Shown piece after piece: positions 9,033 through 18,818 of a stretch of 64,000 nt of DNA. Where the stretch lies: assembly GCA_046758505.1 (NCBI GenBank), contig JBHIAH010000005.1, forward strand, positions 1-64,000, read 5' to 3'. The notes under the pieces are model-generated. The model was not told where the DNA came from and ran no database searches. It saw only the letters and a program-made list of their open reading frames with translations. The first letter of the stretch is position 1. Every line of letters starts with the position of its first letter. Origin of the DNA: Candidatus Methylomirabilales bacterium (lineage in GTDB: Bacteria > Methylomirabilota > Methylomirabilia > Methylomirabilales > CSP1-5). Made by a program: the position numbers and the translations under genes.

Positions 9033-9194
9033 ATGGGTGAATTCCTCCAGGCTAACTGGTTCTGGATTTTGCTTATCGGGCTGTTCATCTGGATGCATTC
9101 TTCAGGCATGGGTTGTGGTGGACATGGTGGGGGACATAAACACGCGGACGAGGATGAGAAGAAGCAAAAAGAAGGCGGTCATCATCAACACTGA
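9033..9194 (+). CDS. Small TM protein with His-rich tail (DUF2933-like), 53 aa
   Basis: Own translation MGEFLQANWFWILLIGLFIWMHSSGMGCGGHGGGHKHADEDEKKQKEGGHHQH; not in the ORF track. Confidence 0.7.
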   Translation: MGEFLQANWFWILLIGLFIWMHSSGMGCGGHGGGHKHADEDEKKQKEGGHHQH

Positions 9195-9260
9195 CCGAAC
9201 AATGCTCCGGTGTATCGCCGGATTACGAGTGCGAAAGCACGCGGACCGAGGGGGGGACGT

Positions 9261-9524
9261 ATGAACCGACTCAATATTAGAGTGGTGACATGGTCTTTGG
9301 GCGCCTTTAGCCTCTTCTCGTATCTCGTCTGCATAGCGTATGGGCTGATTGTTCCCGAAAGCCTTCATATGACGCAGTTCTTGGAGATCACGCTTCCGGG
9401 GTTCAAATGGCTTACCTTTGGGGGGTTCGTCATTGGCGTGATTGAGAGCTTTCTGTACGGGGTCTATGCGGGTCTGGTTTTCACGCCCATTTACAACTTC
9501 TTCTATGAAAAGTGGGGAGTGTAG
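9261..9524 (+). CDS. DUF5676-like two-TM protein (copy 1)
   Basis: YLVC...LPGFKWLT...GVIESFLYG...PIYNFF; paralog at 24106. Confidence 0.75.
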   Translation: MNRLNIRVVTWSLGAFSLFSYLVCIAYGLIVPESLHMTQFLEITLPGFKWLTFGGFVIGVIESFLYGVYAGLVFTPIYNFFYEKWGV

Positions 9525-9690
9525 GGGCGTGCTGTTGGGCTGGCGCGTGTAGTCTTTGGGCTCGGGACGGACCTGCCACCATGGGTCAGGTAATCAGAGA
9601 GAGACATCATTTGAGAACTTTAGGCAGTTTGCGGGGCAGGTGCCGGCCGAAGTACGGGCTGCCGGCCCCCGCTTCATGGAGGAATGGGTG

Positions 9691-11511
9691 ATGGAGTACG
9701 ATGTGATCGTGGTGGGCGCAGGGCCGGGGGGAGCCACGGCGGCATGCGAGCTTGCCCGCCGGGGCGTCAAGGTCGGGCTCTTCGAGCAGAAGCTGCTGCC
9801 CCGGTACAAACCGTGTGGCGGTTGCCTTTCTCTGAAGATCGACCAGATCCTGGAGCCGGACTTCCATCCGCTGGTGGAGAAGACGGTCTACGGCGCGACA
9901 TTTACCTTTGAGGGCCTGGATGAGTTCCGCGTGAAGTCGAAACGACCTGTCGCCTACATGGTGATGCGAGACCGGTTCGACCATTTCCTGGCACAGCGGG
10001 CCGGGCGGGCCGGCGCCGAGGGCCGCCCGGGCGAGCGGGTCCTCGATGTTGCCGACACGCCCGAGGGGGTCCGGGTGAAGACAGGGAAGGGTGAGTACGA
10101 AGCGCGATACCTCGTGGGGGCGGATGGTGCAAACGGAATCGTGGCCAGATCTCTGGGACTAACACCCCAGCGGCGGGTGGCGGTCTGCGTGGAGGCCGAG
10201 GTGACGACCGCCCCCAGGACCCTCGAGGCTCCGACGGACGAGGTTCGAATCGAGTTCGGCTCCATCCCATTCGGGTACGGTTGGGTATTCCCCAAGGGGG
10301 ATCACCTGTCCATCGGCGTCGGTGGCCTGCGGGACAAGATCGGGAACCCCAGGGAGTTCTACGACGCGTTTCTGGTCGATACGGACCTGGTGGATGCGAT
10401 TACCGATGAGAAGCGCAAGGGATATATCATCCCTGTTTTTGCGGGCGGCCGGGAGCCCATCGCTCGCGGGCGTACTCTGCTCGTGGGCGACGCGGCGGCC
10501 CTGGTGGACCCGTTCCTGGGCGAGGGCATCTACTACGCGATTCGTAGCGGCCAACTCGCCGCTGAGGTCATTGGTGGTGCGCTCTCGACCGGGGCTCCAT
10601 CGGCCCTGTCCAGTTATGGGGAGCTGATCGAAGAGGAGATCTACCGTGAGTTCCGGCCCGCCCGCAACCTAGCCTTCTTCCTGTATGCGTTTGACCGAAT
10701 GGGCTACGAGATGCTCAAACGCCGGGGAGCCTTCGTCGAATTGTACTTCGAGGTCCTGCGCGGCGAGGCAAGTTACGCGGACCTTTGGCGGGAGTTACGC
10801 GGTTTTGCCGCCGGCGAACTGCTCCGGTCGCTCTGGCCGTCATCGCGAAAGCCGCGAGACGTGGCCGAGCACTACGACCGGCTGGCCCGGCGGTACGATT
10901 CGGCTCTCTCCATCTGGAAAACAGTGGTTGTAGCGCCGGCGTGGGAAGCGGTACGTATGCTACTCACCGACCATGTTCTACCGGCCGCCAGCGTTCTGGA
11001 TGCGGGGACGGGCACCGGAGAGGCGGTGCGTTTGCTTCTCGAATGCGCTAACCCAGGTCGGGTCGTGGCCGCAGATGTGTCCAAGGGGATGCTTCGGGCC
11101 GCGCGGAAAAAGGTCACCGATCCCCGCGTGACGTGGGAGCAACAAGACATCACCAGACTGCCCTACCCTGACCGGTCGTTCGACATAGCCCTGAGCACCT
11201 GGACGCTGGAAACTCTTGTCGATCCCCGCCCAGCCGTCCGGGAGTTTCTCCGCGTGATCAAGGACGACGGATTCGTCATATATGCGTTTTCCAGCAGGCC
11301 CGAGGCCGGCTTGAAGCACTTATACGGTCGACTGCTGGAGGAGTGGTCGGCGGGCACGCTGCGGGGTCGGTTCCTGACGCCGTCCGAACAGCCGTACCAC
11401 AGTTGCGAACATTCCCGCCTGACGACCTTTGCCCGGGGACTCGCCACCGTGGTGGTGCTGCGGAAGTGCTGCCGGGTGGACGACCGACAGGCCCCATGCC
11501 TCCCCACGTGA
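9691..11511 (+). CDS. Geranylgeranyl reductase-family flavoprotein fused to a class I SAM methyltransferase
   Basis: DVIVVGAGPGG, KPCGG, GADG, GYGWVFPK, GDAAALVDPFLGEGI, then VLDAGTGTG and LPYPDRSFD; GGAGGA RBS before ATG9691. Confidence 0.85.
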   Translation: MEYDVIVVGAGPGGATAACELARRGVKVGLFEQKLLPRYKPCGGCLSLKIDQILEPDFHPLVEKTVYGATFTFEGLDEFRVKSKRPVAYMVMRDRFDHFLAQRAGRAGAEGRPGERVLDVADTPEGVRVKTGKGEYEARYLVGADGANGIVARSLGLTPQRRVAVCVEAEVTTAPRTLEAPTDEVRIEFGSIPFGYGWVFPKGDHLSIGVGGLRDKIGNPREFYDAFLVDTDLVDAITDEKRKGYIIPVFAGGREPIARGRTLLVGDAAALVDPFLGEGIYYAIRSGQLAAEVIGGALSTGAPSALSSYGELIEEEIYREFRPARNLAFFLYAFDRMGYEMLKRRGAFVELYFEVLRGEASYADLWRELRGFAAGELLRSLWPSSRKPRDVAEHYDRLARRYDSALSIWKTVVVAPAWEAVRMLLTDHVLPAASVLDAGTGTGEAVRLLLECANPGRVVAADVSKGMLRAARKKVTDPRVTWEQQDITRLPYPDRSFDIALSTWTLETLVDPRPAVREFLRVIKDDGFVIYAFSSRPEAGLKHLYGRLLEEWSAGTLRGRFLTPSEQPYHSCEHSRLTTFARGLATVVVLRKCCRVDDRQAPCLPT

Positions 11512-11526
11512 TTCAATATACTCGAG

Positions 11527-12906
11527 ATGCGCACACAGGTATGTGACGAGATGTGTGGCAAAGAGGCTCGGACTCGTGGACGACGGGGTGACGGCCAAGG
11601 CAATCCGCTGCGGCTGATGACCTTTCTGGTATTCACGTCCCTCGCTTATGGCGGGACGAATCTCCCTGGAAGCACGACGGCGGTGTCCGCCGCAACTCCC
11701 CCCGTCGCGAGCGCGGTGGAGGTAGGAGGACGCCCTGATTCGTTCGCGGGCATGGTGAATGCCGTAAAACCCACCGTCGTCAATATCAGTACCACCCAGG
11801 CCGTGCAGAGTCGCGCTGCCGACTCGTTCCGTGAATTCTTTGAACGGTACTTTGAAGGAGGCCCCCCACCGCATGAGCTACGGCATAGTCTCGGCTCGGG
11901 ACTCATCGTCGAGTCGGACGGCTATGTGCTTACGAACAACCATGTGATTGAAAACGCGCGGATGATCATGGTCCGGCTCTCCGACCACGGGGAATACGAG
12001 GCCAAGGTCGTGGGACGGGATCCCTGGACTGATCTGGCGCTCCTTAAGATCCAGGGCCGCCGAAAGTTCGCGACGGTTCGTCTCGGTGATTCCGACAGCC
12101 TCCGGGTCGGCGATTGGGTCGTCGCCATCGGGAACCCCTTCGGCCTGGAGCACACGGTCACAGCGGGGATTGTGAGCGCGAAGGGGCGGGTCATCGGGGC
12201 GGGCCCGTACGACAACTTCATCCAGACGGACGCGGCGATCAATCCAGGCAACTCCGGTGGCCCCCTCTTCAACAGTCGCGGGGAGGTCGTCGGGCTCAAT
12301 ACGGCCATCTTCAGCCAGCGTGGGGGATCTGTCGGCATCGGCTTCGCGATCCCGATCAATCTCGTGAATGAACTGATCCCCCAGCTCAAGGTGAAAGGGC
12401 GTGTCTCCCGCGGATGGCTCGGCATCACGATTGCGCCCGTGACCCCGGACCTAGCTAAGAAGCTCAACCGCCCCTCGGGAGACGGCGCCCTGGTGGAAGA
12501 GGTGGTCCCGAACGGGCCGGCAGCCCGGTCCGGCGTTCAGATGGGGGATGTGATCGTTGCGTTCCAAGGGAAGCGGATCCTGCGGCCCCGTGAGCTCCCT
12601 CGCTTGACCTCCAAGACACCTGTTGGATCTTACGTGGAGCTTACGCTCCTCCGTCGCGGGAAGGAACGGGCCGTGAAGGTGAGACTCGCAGAGCTTCCAG
12701 AGTTCCGCCGCGATGATCGCTCGGAAGCTAGACGCAAGGACGGCAGCGCAAGGAGTGGGTTTTTCCAGAACTACGGATTCTTCATCCTGATCCTACTGCT
12801 GTTTTTCGGATTTCATCTGTTCCGCTTCGGAGGTCATCGTGGTCATGACCGCGGCGATGACAATGACAGAGACAGGGAGTCCGTTAGTCACGGGCACCGG
12901 CACTGA
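11527..12906 (+). CDS. HtrA/DegP-family serine protease (one PDZ) with C-terminal TM and His-rich tail
   Basis: Catalytic triad motifs TNNHV, TDLAL, GNSGG; GWLGI PDZ; start uncertain. Confidence 0.9.
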   Translation: MRTQVCDEMCGKEARTRGRRGDGQGNPLRLMTFLVFTSLAYGGTNLPGSTTAVSAATPPVASAVEVGGRPDSFAGMVNAVKPTVVNISTTQAVQSRAADSFREFFERYFEGGPPPHELRHSLGSGLIVESDGYVLTNNHVIENARMIMVRLSDHGEYEAKVVGRDPWTDLALLKIQGRRKFATVRLGDSDSLRVGDWVVAIGNPFGLEHTVTAGIVSAKGRVIGAGPYDNFIQTDAAINPGNSGGPLFNSRGEVVGLNTAIFSQRGGSVGIGFAIPINLVNELIPQLKVKGRVSRGWLGITIAPVTPDLAKKLNRPSGDGALVEEVVPNGPAARSGVQMGDVIVAFQGKRILRPRELPRLTSKTPVGSYVELTLLRRGKERAVKVRLAELPEFRRDDRSEARRKDGSARSGFFQNYGFFILILLLFFGFHLFRFGGHRGHDRGDDNDRDRESVSHGHRH

Positions 12907-13039
12907 TGTCCCAGTCCGGATGAACCCGACTGGATGCAACCGTAATCCATCAAACATACATTAGCAGCAGCTGCTATTTCTTCCGGGGAGCCGAGTTTCA
13001 GTAGCTCTGTAAGGCCCCCGGAAGTCCTCCGGGAGGAAC

Positions 13040-14425
13040 GTGATGACGACGCGCTTATCCTATTTCAAGCCTTACGACATCCGGGGAACTGTTCCGGATC
13101 AGATTAATCCCGAGGTGGCGTACAGGATTGCTCGGGCTGTGGCCGAATGGACTAGGGTAGAAGAAATCATCCTGGGCCGCGATGCGCGGCTTTCCTCCCC
13201 TCCCCTGGCGGCGTCCGTGATTGAGGGATTGCTAGATAGCGAGATCACTGTCTTGGACCTAGGGATGGTGACCACGCCCATGCTCAACTATGCCGTGGCC
13301 CGCTTCGAACGATATGGCCTGATGATTACCGCCTCACACAATCCGAAAGAGTACAACGGAATCAAGGTTATCGATCCCAACGTGGAACAGGTGTACTATG
13401 GGCGGCGACTGGAGGCCCTGGAAAAATTAGTTTTAAGCGATCGCTTTGACAGGGGAAAGCGCAGAGGACGAGTCCTCATGAGGTCGATCCTCCATGATTA
13501 TGAAGACTTCCTGGTTGGGAGATTCCAGGGCGCAGGACTTGCGTCTCTTTCCATCGTGGTGGATTGTTCCAACGGAGTGGGAGGGCTACCGCTCCGAGTG
13601 TTAGAGCGACTGGGGCTTAAGCACACCGTGCTATATCACGTGCCAGACGGGAATTTTCCAAACCACGGATGCGATACGCTTCGGCCCGAGAATCAGCAAG
13701 ATCTACAGCGGGATGTGAGGGAGCAGAAGGCCGATCTGGGGATCATGTTTGATGGGGATGCTGACCGGGTGGTCTTCGTGGATGAACATGGAGAAATGGC
13801 CCCGCTGGATATGGTCTTTGTGCTGTTGGCCCGTCAGGAACTTGAGCGAAGCACAGGCCGACTGTTCTACGACCTGCGCTTCAGCCGGGCGGTGAAGGAA
13901 GAGATTGAAAAGCTGGGCGGAATCCCTGTCATGATGCGTGTTGGCAACCCCTTCCACAAGGAGGCCCTTCATCGATACGAAGACGGGCTTGTGGCCGCTG
14001 AGCTGTCCGGACACATCATGTACAGGGAACACTTCGGGATCGATGATCCGCTTTACGCGTCGCTTAAGCTGCTTTCCCATCTTGCACGCTCCGGCGAGAG
14101 CTTCTCTCAACAACTCCTACCACTCAAACGATATGCCGGTAGCGGGGAAATTCGTATCAAGACAGACAACCCCAAGGGCTTGGTGGAAAAAGTAACATCA
14201 CACTTTGGGGATGGGATTCTGACTGAAATCGATGGGGTGACAGTTGAATATTCTGAGTGGTGGTTCAACCTGAGGCCTTCCAACACGGAACCGGTGGCCA
14301 AGTTGGTTATGGAGGCGAATTCACCACAGGTCCTTGAACGCTCTAAGACAGACTTGCTCTCCTTCCTCGTGAGCGAGGGAGGAGCAGTCGAGCCAGGGGA
14401 TTTCACGGCCACATCCGATCGGTGA
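13040..14425 (+). CDS. Phosphomannomutase/phosphoglucomutase
   Basis: FKPYDIRG, ITASHNP, FDGDADR, RPSNTEP. Confidence 0.92.
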   Translation: MMTTRLSYFKPYDIRGTVPDQINPEVAYRIARAVAEWTRVEEIILGRDARLSSPPLAASVIEGLLDSEITVLDLGMVTTPMLNYAVARFERYGLMITASHNPKEYNGIKVIDPNVEQVYYGRRLEALEKLVLSDRFDRGKRRGRVLMRSILHDYEDFLVGRFQGAGLASLSIVVDCSNGVGGLPLRVLERLGLKHTVLYHVPDGNFPNHGCDTLRPENQQDLQRDVREQKADLGIMFDGDADRVVFVDEHGEMAPLDMVFVLLARQELERSTGRLFYDLRFSRAVKEEIEKLGGIPVMMRVGNPFHKEALHRYEDGLVAAELSGHIMYREHFGIDDPLYASLKLLSHLARSGESFSQQLLPLKRYAGSGEIRIKTDNPKGLVEKVTSHFGDGILTEIDGVTVEYSEWWFNLRPSNTEPVAKLVMEANSPQVLERSKTDLLSFLVSEGGAVEPGDFTATSDR

Positions 14426-14545
14426 CCGGAAACGAGGAAACCAAAAGAGAGAGCTGAACCTGTTGCAGACTCATTGGTCCAATCTACTGCTAATCTGAGG
14501 GGTTAACTGACGCAATGCTGCTGCAGTCCGATGGAGGAGGTAGCC

Positions 14546-17395
14546 ATGACTGAGCGGAAGCAAACCATCCTGGTCACCGGCAGCAACGGCTACATCGGGT
14601 ATGCGGTGGCCAAACGACTGAGGGAGTCCTTCAATGTCGTCGGGTTCGACCGCCGCCAGCCCTCCCACCCGCCGGCGACCGCCGAGTGCCTTTACGTGGA
14701 CATCACCTCCGAGCCGAGCCTTCGACGCGGCCTAGAGGCCGTGCGCCACCTGCACGGCGACCGCCTGGCGTCGGTTATCCACCTGGCGGCGTACTACGAC
14801 TTTTCCGGCGCGCCAAGCCCGCTGTACGAGAAGGTCACCGTGCGCGGGACCGAGCGGCTGCTGCGCCTCCTGCGGGAGTCCTTCACGGTGAAGCAGTTCA
14901 TCTTCTCCAGTACCATGCTGGTCCACGCGCCGACGGCGCCGGGCCGGCCGATCACGGAGGACTCGCCGCTGGCGCCCACCTGGGCCTATCCCCAGTCCAA
15001 GGTCCGGACGGAAGAGGTGATCCACGCCGGGCGCGGCGACATTCCCACGGTCATCCTGCGCATCGGCGGCGTCTACGACGACCTGGGCCATTCCATGCCG
15101 GTGCCCCGGCAGATGCAGCGCATCTTCGAGCGCGATGTCACCGCGTGTGTCTTCCCCGGGGACCTCTCCCACGGGCAGTCGTTCGTGCACCTCGACGATG
15201 TGGTCGACCTGTTCGTCCTGCTGGTCACGCGGCGGCACGAGCTGCCCGCGGAGCTTCCGCTCCTCGTCGGAGAGCCCGAGACGCTCAGCTACGACGAGAT
15301 GCAGCGCCACGTAGGGCGGCTTGTTCACGGGGAGGACTGGAAGACGCGCCGGATTCCCAAGCCGCTGGCCAAGCTCGGCGCCTGGCTGCAGCAGACCCTG
15401 CCGCTCGGCGTCACGCCCGTCTACAAATCCTGGATGGTCGACCGTGCCGACGATCACTACCAGCTCGACATCACCCGGGCCCGCACCGCGGTCGGCTGGG
15501 AGCCGAAGCGCTCCCTGCGCGAGGCGCTGCCGAAGCTCGTCGCCGGGCTCAAGGCCGACCCCTGCGCCTGGTACCGCGAAAACGAAATCAAGATGCCCCG
15601 CTGGCTGCAAGAGGTCGCCCCGCAGCCGGCCGTGGACATGACGGGGATCGATGTGCACCGGCTGATGCAGGTACGCCGGCCGGCGGGTCTGGACGTCCAA
15701 AAGCTGCAGGAATTGGTGCTGGGAGGAGGAACGACGATAGCCCAGCCCGGCAGGCACGGGGAGCACCGGGAGGCTGGCGGGCACGAGGCGGCGCACACGC
15801 CGGGCCAGCGCGAAGATCAGGAACTCCGGGCCAGGGAAGAGCATCTCGGGCAGCTGCGCGTCGTGCAGGCGGCGCTGTGGCCGGCGTTCGAGCAGGAACT
15901 GCAGGAGCTTCGCACACACGATGCAGAAGCGCAGCGTGTCATGGAGACCGACCCGGCCGGCCACATCGAGATGATGCGCATGCCGCAGGAGCACAAGGCG
16001 CTGATCCGTGAGCTGCCGCGGGCGGTGCTGCAGCGCGAGGCGGAACTCTATACGGAGATCGCAAGGGCGCGAGAGGCGGAACTGGCCAGGATGCGGCCGG
16101 AGCCTGGCGTGGTGATGGCAGGACATGTGCAGATGGAACGGTGGACGCAGGCCGCGCTGCTCTCGCTGGGCGCCTGGCTCGTCTTCAGCCCGTCTGCCCT
16201 GGGCTATCGCAGCACCGCGCTGTGGTGGAGCGACGTCCTCAGCGGCATCCTGGTCGTTGCCCTTGCGCTCCTGGCGCTTGCCGGCCGCGGCTGGGCGCCG
16301 TGGGCGAATACGTTCGTGGGGCTGTGGGTGATGTTTGCCCCGCTGGCACTCTGGGCGCCGGACCCCGCGGCGTACGGGAACGACACGCTCGTCGGCGCGC
16401 TGGTCGTCGCCTTCGCCATCCTGGTCCCGATGCGGATGACCATGACGGGACGCGACGTGCCGGTCGGGTGGACGTACAGCCCGTCGACCTGGCTGCAGCG
16501 CGCGCCGATCATCGCGCTGGGCCTGCTGAGCTTCTTCATGTCACGGTACATGGCGGCGTTCCAGCTCGGTCACATCACACTGGCCTGGGACCCGTTCTTC
16601 GGAAACGGCACCATGCGAGTCCTTACCTCCGAGGTCTCGCGCGCCTTCCCCATCTCCGACGCGGGCCTGGGGGCGTACACATACATGATCGAGGTCCTCT
16701 CCGGGCTGATGGGCGACGAGCGGCGCTGGCGCACGATGCCCTGGATGGTGGCGCTGTTCGGCTTCGCCGTCGTCCCGCTGGGCATCATCAGCGTTGTGCT
16801 GATCATCCTGCAGCCTCTGGCTGTGGGCGCCTGGTGCACGCTGTGCCTGGCGTCGGCGCTCTTGATGCTGATCATGGTGGTGCTCTCGCTGGACGAAGTG
16901 TTCGCCATGATCCAGTTTCTCATCCAGAGCCACCGCGCCGGGAGGTCGGCATGGCGCGTGTTCTGGCTGGGGGGCAATCCGCTGCCATACCCGGAGGACA
17001 TCGACTTTACCCGGCGGCACTCCGGCGCCTGGGCAGAGATGTTCTGGGGAGCCAACGTGCCCCGGACCCTGCTGCTGACCGCCCTGCTCGGCGCCTGGCT
17101 GATGGCGGCCCCGGCGGTGTTCGGAAGCCGGCCGCCAGCGGCCCACAGTGATCACCTCCTGGGCGCCCTAGTGGCCGTGGTGGCCCTGATAGCCATGGCC
17201 GAGATTGCCCGCGGCGTGCGCTTCCTCAACATCCTACTGGCCCTCGGGCTCATCATCGCCCCGTGGGTGCTCCCCGGCGCACCGCTCCTCGCGCGCCTCA
17301 ACGACCTGGTCGCTGGCGCAATCGTGATCGGGCTGAGCCTGCCGCGGGGACCGATCAGGGACCGCTACGGCTCGTGGAACCCGTATATCCTCTGA
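14546..17395 (+). CDS. NAD-dependent epimerase fused to SPW-repeat and VKOR-like membrane domains
   Basis: TGSNGYIG, YPQSK; C-terminal TM region with SDAGLG and WCTLC (VKOR CxxC); GGAGG RBS before ATG14546. Confidence 0.85.
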   Translation: MTERKQTILVTGSNGYIGYAVAKRLRESFNVVGFDRRQPSHPPATAECLYVDITSEPSLRRGLEAVRHLHGDRLASVIHLAAYYDFSGAPSPLYEKVTVRGTERLLRLLRESFTVKQFIFSSTMLVHAPTAPGRPITEDSPLAPTWAYPQSKVRTEEVIHAGRGDIPTVILRIGGVYDDLGHSMPVPRQMQRIFERDVTACVFPGDLSHGQSFVHLDDVVDLFVLLVTRRHELPAELPLLVGEPETLSYDEMQRHVGRLVHGEDWKTRRIPKPLAKLGAWLQQTLPLGVTPVYKSWMVDRADDHYQLDITRARTAVGWEPKRSLREALPKLVAGLKADPCAWYRENEIKMPRWLQEVAPQPAVDMTGIDVHRLMQVRRPAGLDVQKLQELVLGGGTTIAQPGRHGEHREAGGHEAAHTPGQREDQELRAREEHLGQLRVVQAALWPAFEQELQELRTHDAEAQRVMETDPAGHIEMMRMPQEHKALIRELPRAVLQREAELYTEIARAREAELARMRPEPGVVMAGHVQMERWTQAALLSLGAWLVFSPSALGYRSTALWWSDVLSGILVVALALLALAGRGWAPWANTFVGLWVMFAPLALWAPDPAAYGNDTLVGALVVAFAILVPMRMTMTGRDVPVGWTYSPSTWLQRAPIIALGLLSFFMSRYMAAFQLGHITLAWDPFFGNGTMRVLTSEVSRAFPISDAGLGAYTYMIEVLSGLMGDERRWRTMPWMVALFGFAVVPLGIISVVLIILQPLAVGAWCTLCLASALLMLIMVVLSLDEVFAMIQFLIQSHRAGRSAWRVFWLGGNPLPYPEDIDFTRRHSGAWAEMFWGANVPRTLLLTALLGAWLMAAPAVFGSRPPAAHSDHLLGALVAVVALIAMAEIARGVRFLNILLALGLIIAPWVLPGAPLLARLNDLVAGAIVIGLSLPRGPIRDRYGSWNPYIL

Positions 17396-17629
17396 ACCGG
17401 TGAGGCGGCATCGTGTGGTGAGAAAGCGACAGCGCGCACGGGCGCGGAACGCCGACGGGGCGGTGAGCCGGTGAAGGCATCACAGCGCGACGTGCCAAGA
17501 CGACGGAAAAAGGAGACCGGGGGGTCCCGCCTGAGGTGCCGGGGACGAACAGCGCTTGCACGGCACCCTGGGAAGCAGAACCGACTCGGACATGCACTCC
17601 ACAACCAGGACCTACAAGAAGGAATGAGC

Positions 17630-17789
17630 ATGGCGAAGGACCCGGTGTGCGGAATGGAGGTCAACGAGAAAAAGGTCGAGGCCACGGCAACTCATGGGGG
17701 GCAAGACCTACTACTTCTGGGCCAAGCGCCGCAAGCAGGTCTTTGAAAAGGACCCGTCGAAGTATACGGGTGGCCACTCGGGTCATTGA
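17630..17789 (+). pseudogene. Frameshifted YHS-domain gene
   Basis: [11 protein letters not shown], frameshift in a G run near 17700, then KTYYFWAKRRKQVFEKDPSKY with both Cys of FCxxxC replaced. Confidence 0.75.
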
Positions 17790-17920
17790 TCGCGGGGCCG
17801 GAGCTGGGATCGAAGCCAACTACTTAGAGATTCCCCTATCACGCTTTATAGCTGGACGCGGTAAAAGGGAAATTCCCTTACGACATAGCTCCAGGACATC
17901 GGGATCATGCTAGGAGAGCA

Positions 17921-18622
17921 ATGATGGAACAGCATGCCTGGTTTATTTGGTCGTTAGGATTTCTGGTCCTTTGGTTTGGTCTCTATATGATAAAACCACC
18001 GATGCGCAAGCAAATGCTCCGGGTGAGCCTGTGGACTGCGCCCCTGGGCCTGACGGAGCCCCTCTTTGTCCCGGAATATTGGAACCCTCCCAGTCTGTTT
18101 GATCTGGCTCAGCGGACAGGATTTGATTTTGAAAGCCTCATTTTCTGTTTTGCGGTCGGGGGTATAGGAACAGTACTCTACGAAGCGCTTGTGCCTGTCC
18201 GGCACGTTCCCATGAGTCACGAAGAACGGAGTGATCCGCGCCATCGGCTGCATATTCTGGCCCTGACCAGCCCCGTTATTGTTTTCATTCCACTGCTGCT
18301 TGGGACTTCGTGGAACCCCATCTACTCCGGAAGTCTTGCCATGTTCGTCGGTGCGATTGCCTCTCTGTTCTGTCGGCCTGACTTGAAAGCCAAAATTTGG
18401 ATCGGCGGCGGGGTGTTCTTCCTTCTTTACTTTATGTTTTTCCAATTACTTGATCTGTCCTTTCCGGGCTACGTTGAACGGGTCTGGACACTGACGGCCA
18501 TTTCAGGCCTGCTTGTTTGGGGGATCCCAGTGGAGGAATATCTGTTCGCAATCACTTTTGGCATGATGTGGTCCAGCCTATATGAGCATCTGTTCTGGTA
18601 CAAAGTGGTCCCGGCTACGTAG
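17921..18622 (+). CDS. Lycopene cyclase domain-like membrane protein (two repeats)
   Basis: LTEPLFVPEYWNP...FESLIF and W...GIPVEEYLFA, resembling the CrtYc/d PxEE motif. Confidence 0.7.
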   Translation: MMEQHAWFIWSLGFLVLWFGLYMIKPPMRKQMLRVSLWTAPLGLTEPLFVPEYWNPPSLFDLAQRTGFDFESLIFCFAVGGIGTVLYEALVPVRHVPMSHEERSDPRHRLHILALTSPVIVFIPLLLGTSWNPIYSGSLAMFVGAIASLFCRPDLKAKIWIGGGVFFLLYFMFFQLLDLSFPGYVERVWTLTAISGLLVWGIPVEEYLFAITFGMMWSSLYEHLFWYKVVPAT

Positions 18623-18818
18623 TCTGGGGAGCATATTCGGATGTCTTTAAAATTTGTAGAGATTGTGGGTGCTAGTCCGGCCTTTGGTGGCCGTCGCGCC
18701 TTGATGGGCAGGCCTTGCTGCGGCTGCCAGAGAGAATAAACCATCAGGAAGGGTGCGATGAGGAGGAACCTCGGGGCTTGTACGGGTCAAGGAGAACCTG
18801 CAAAAAGAGGTGAGATCG

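Noticed and set aside
17921..18622. Carotenoid biosynthesis cluster
   Set aside because: No crtB, crtI or crtE nearby; similarity is only at domain level.
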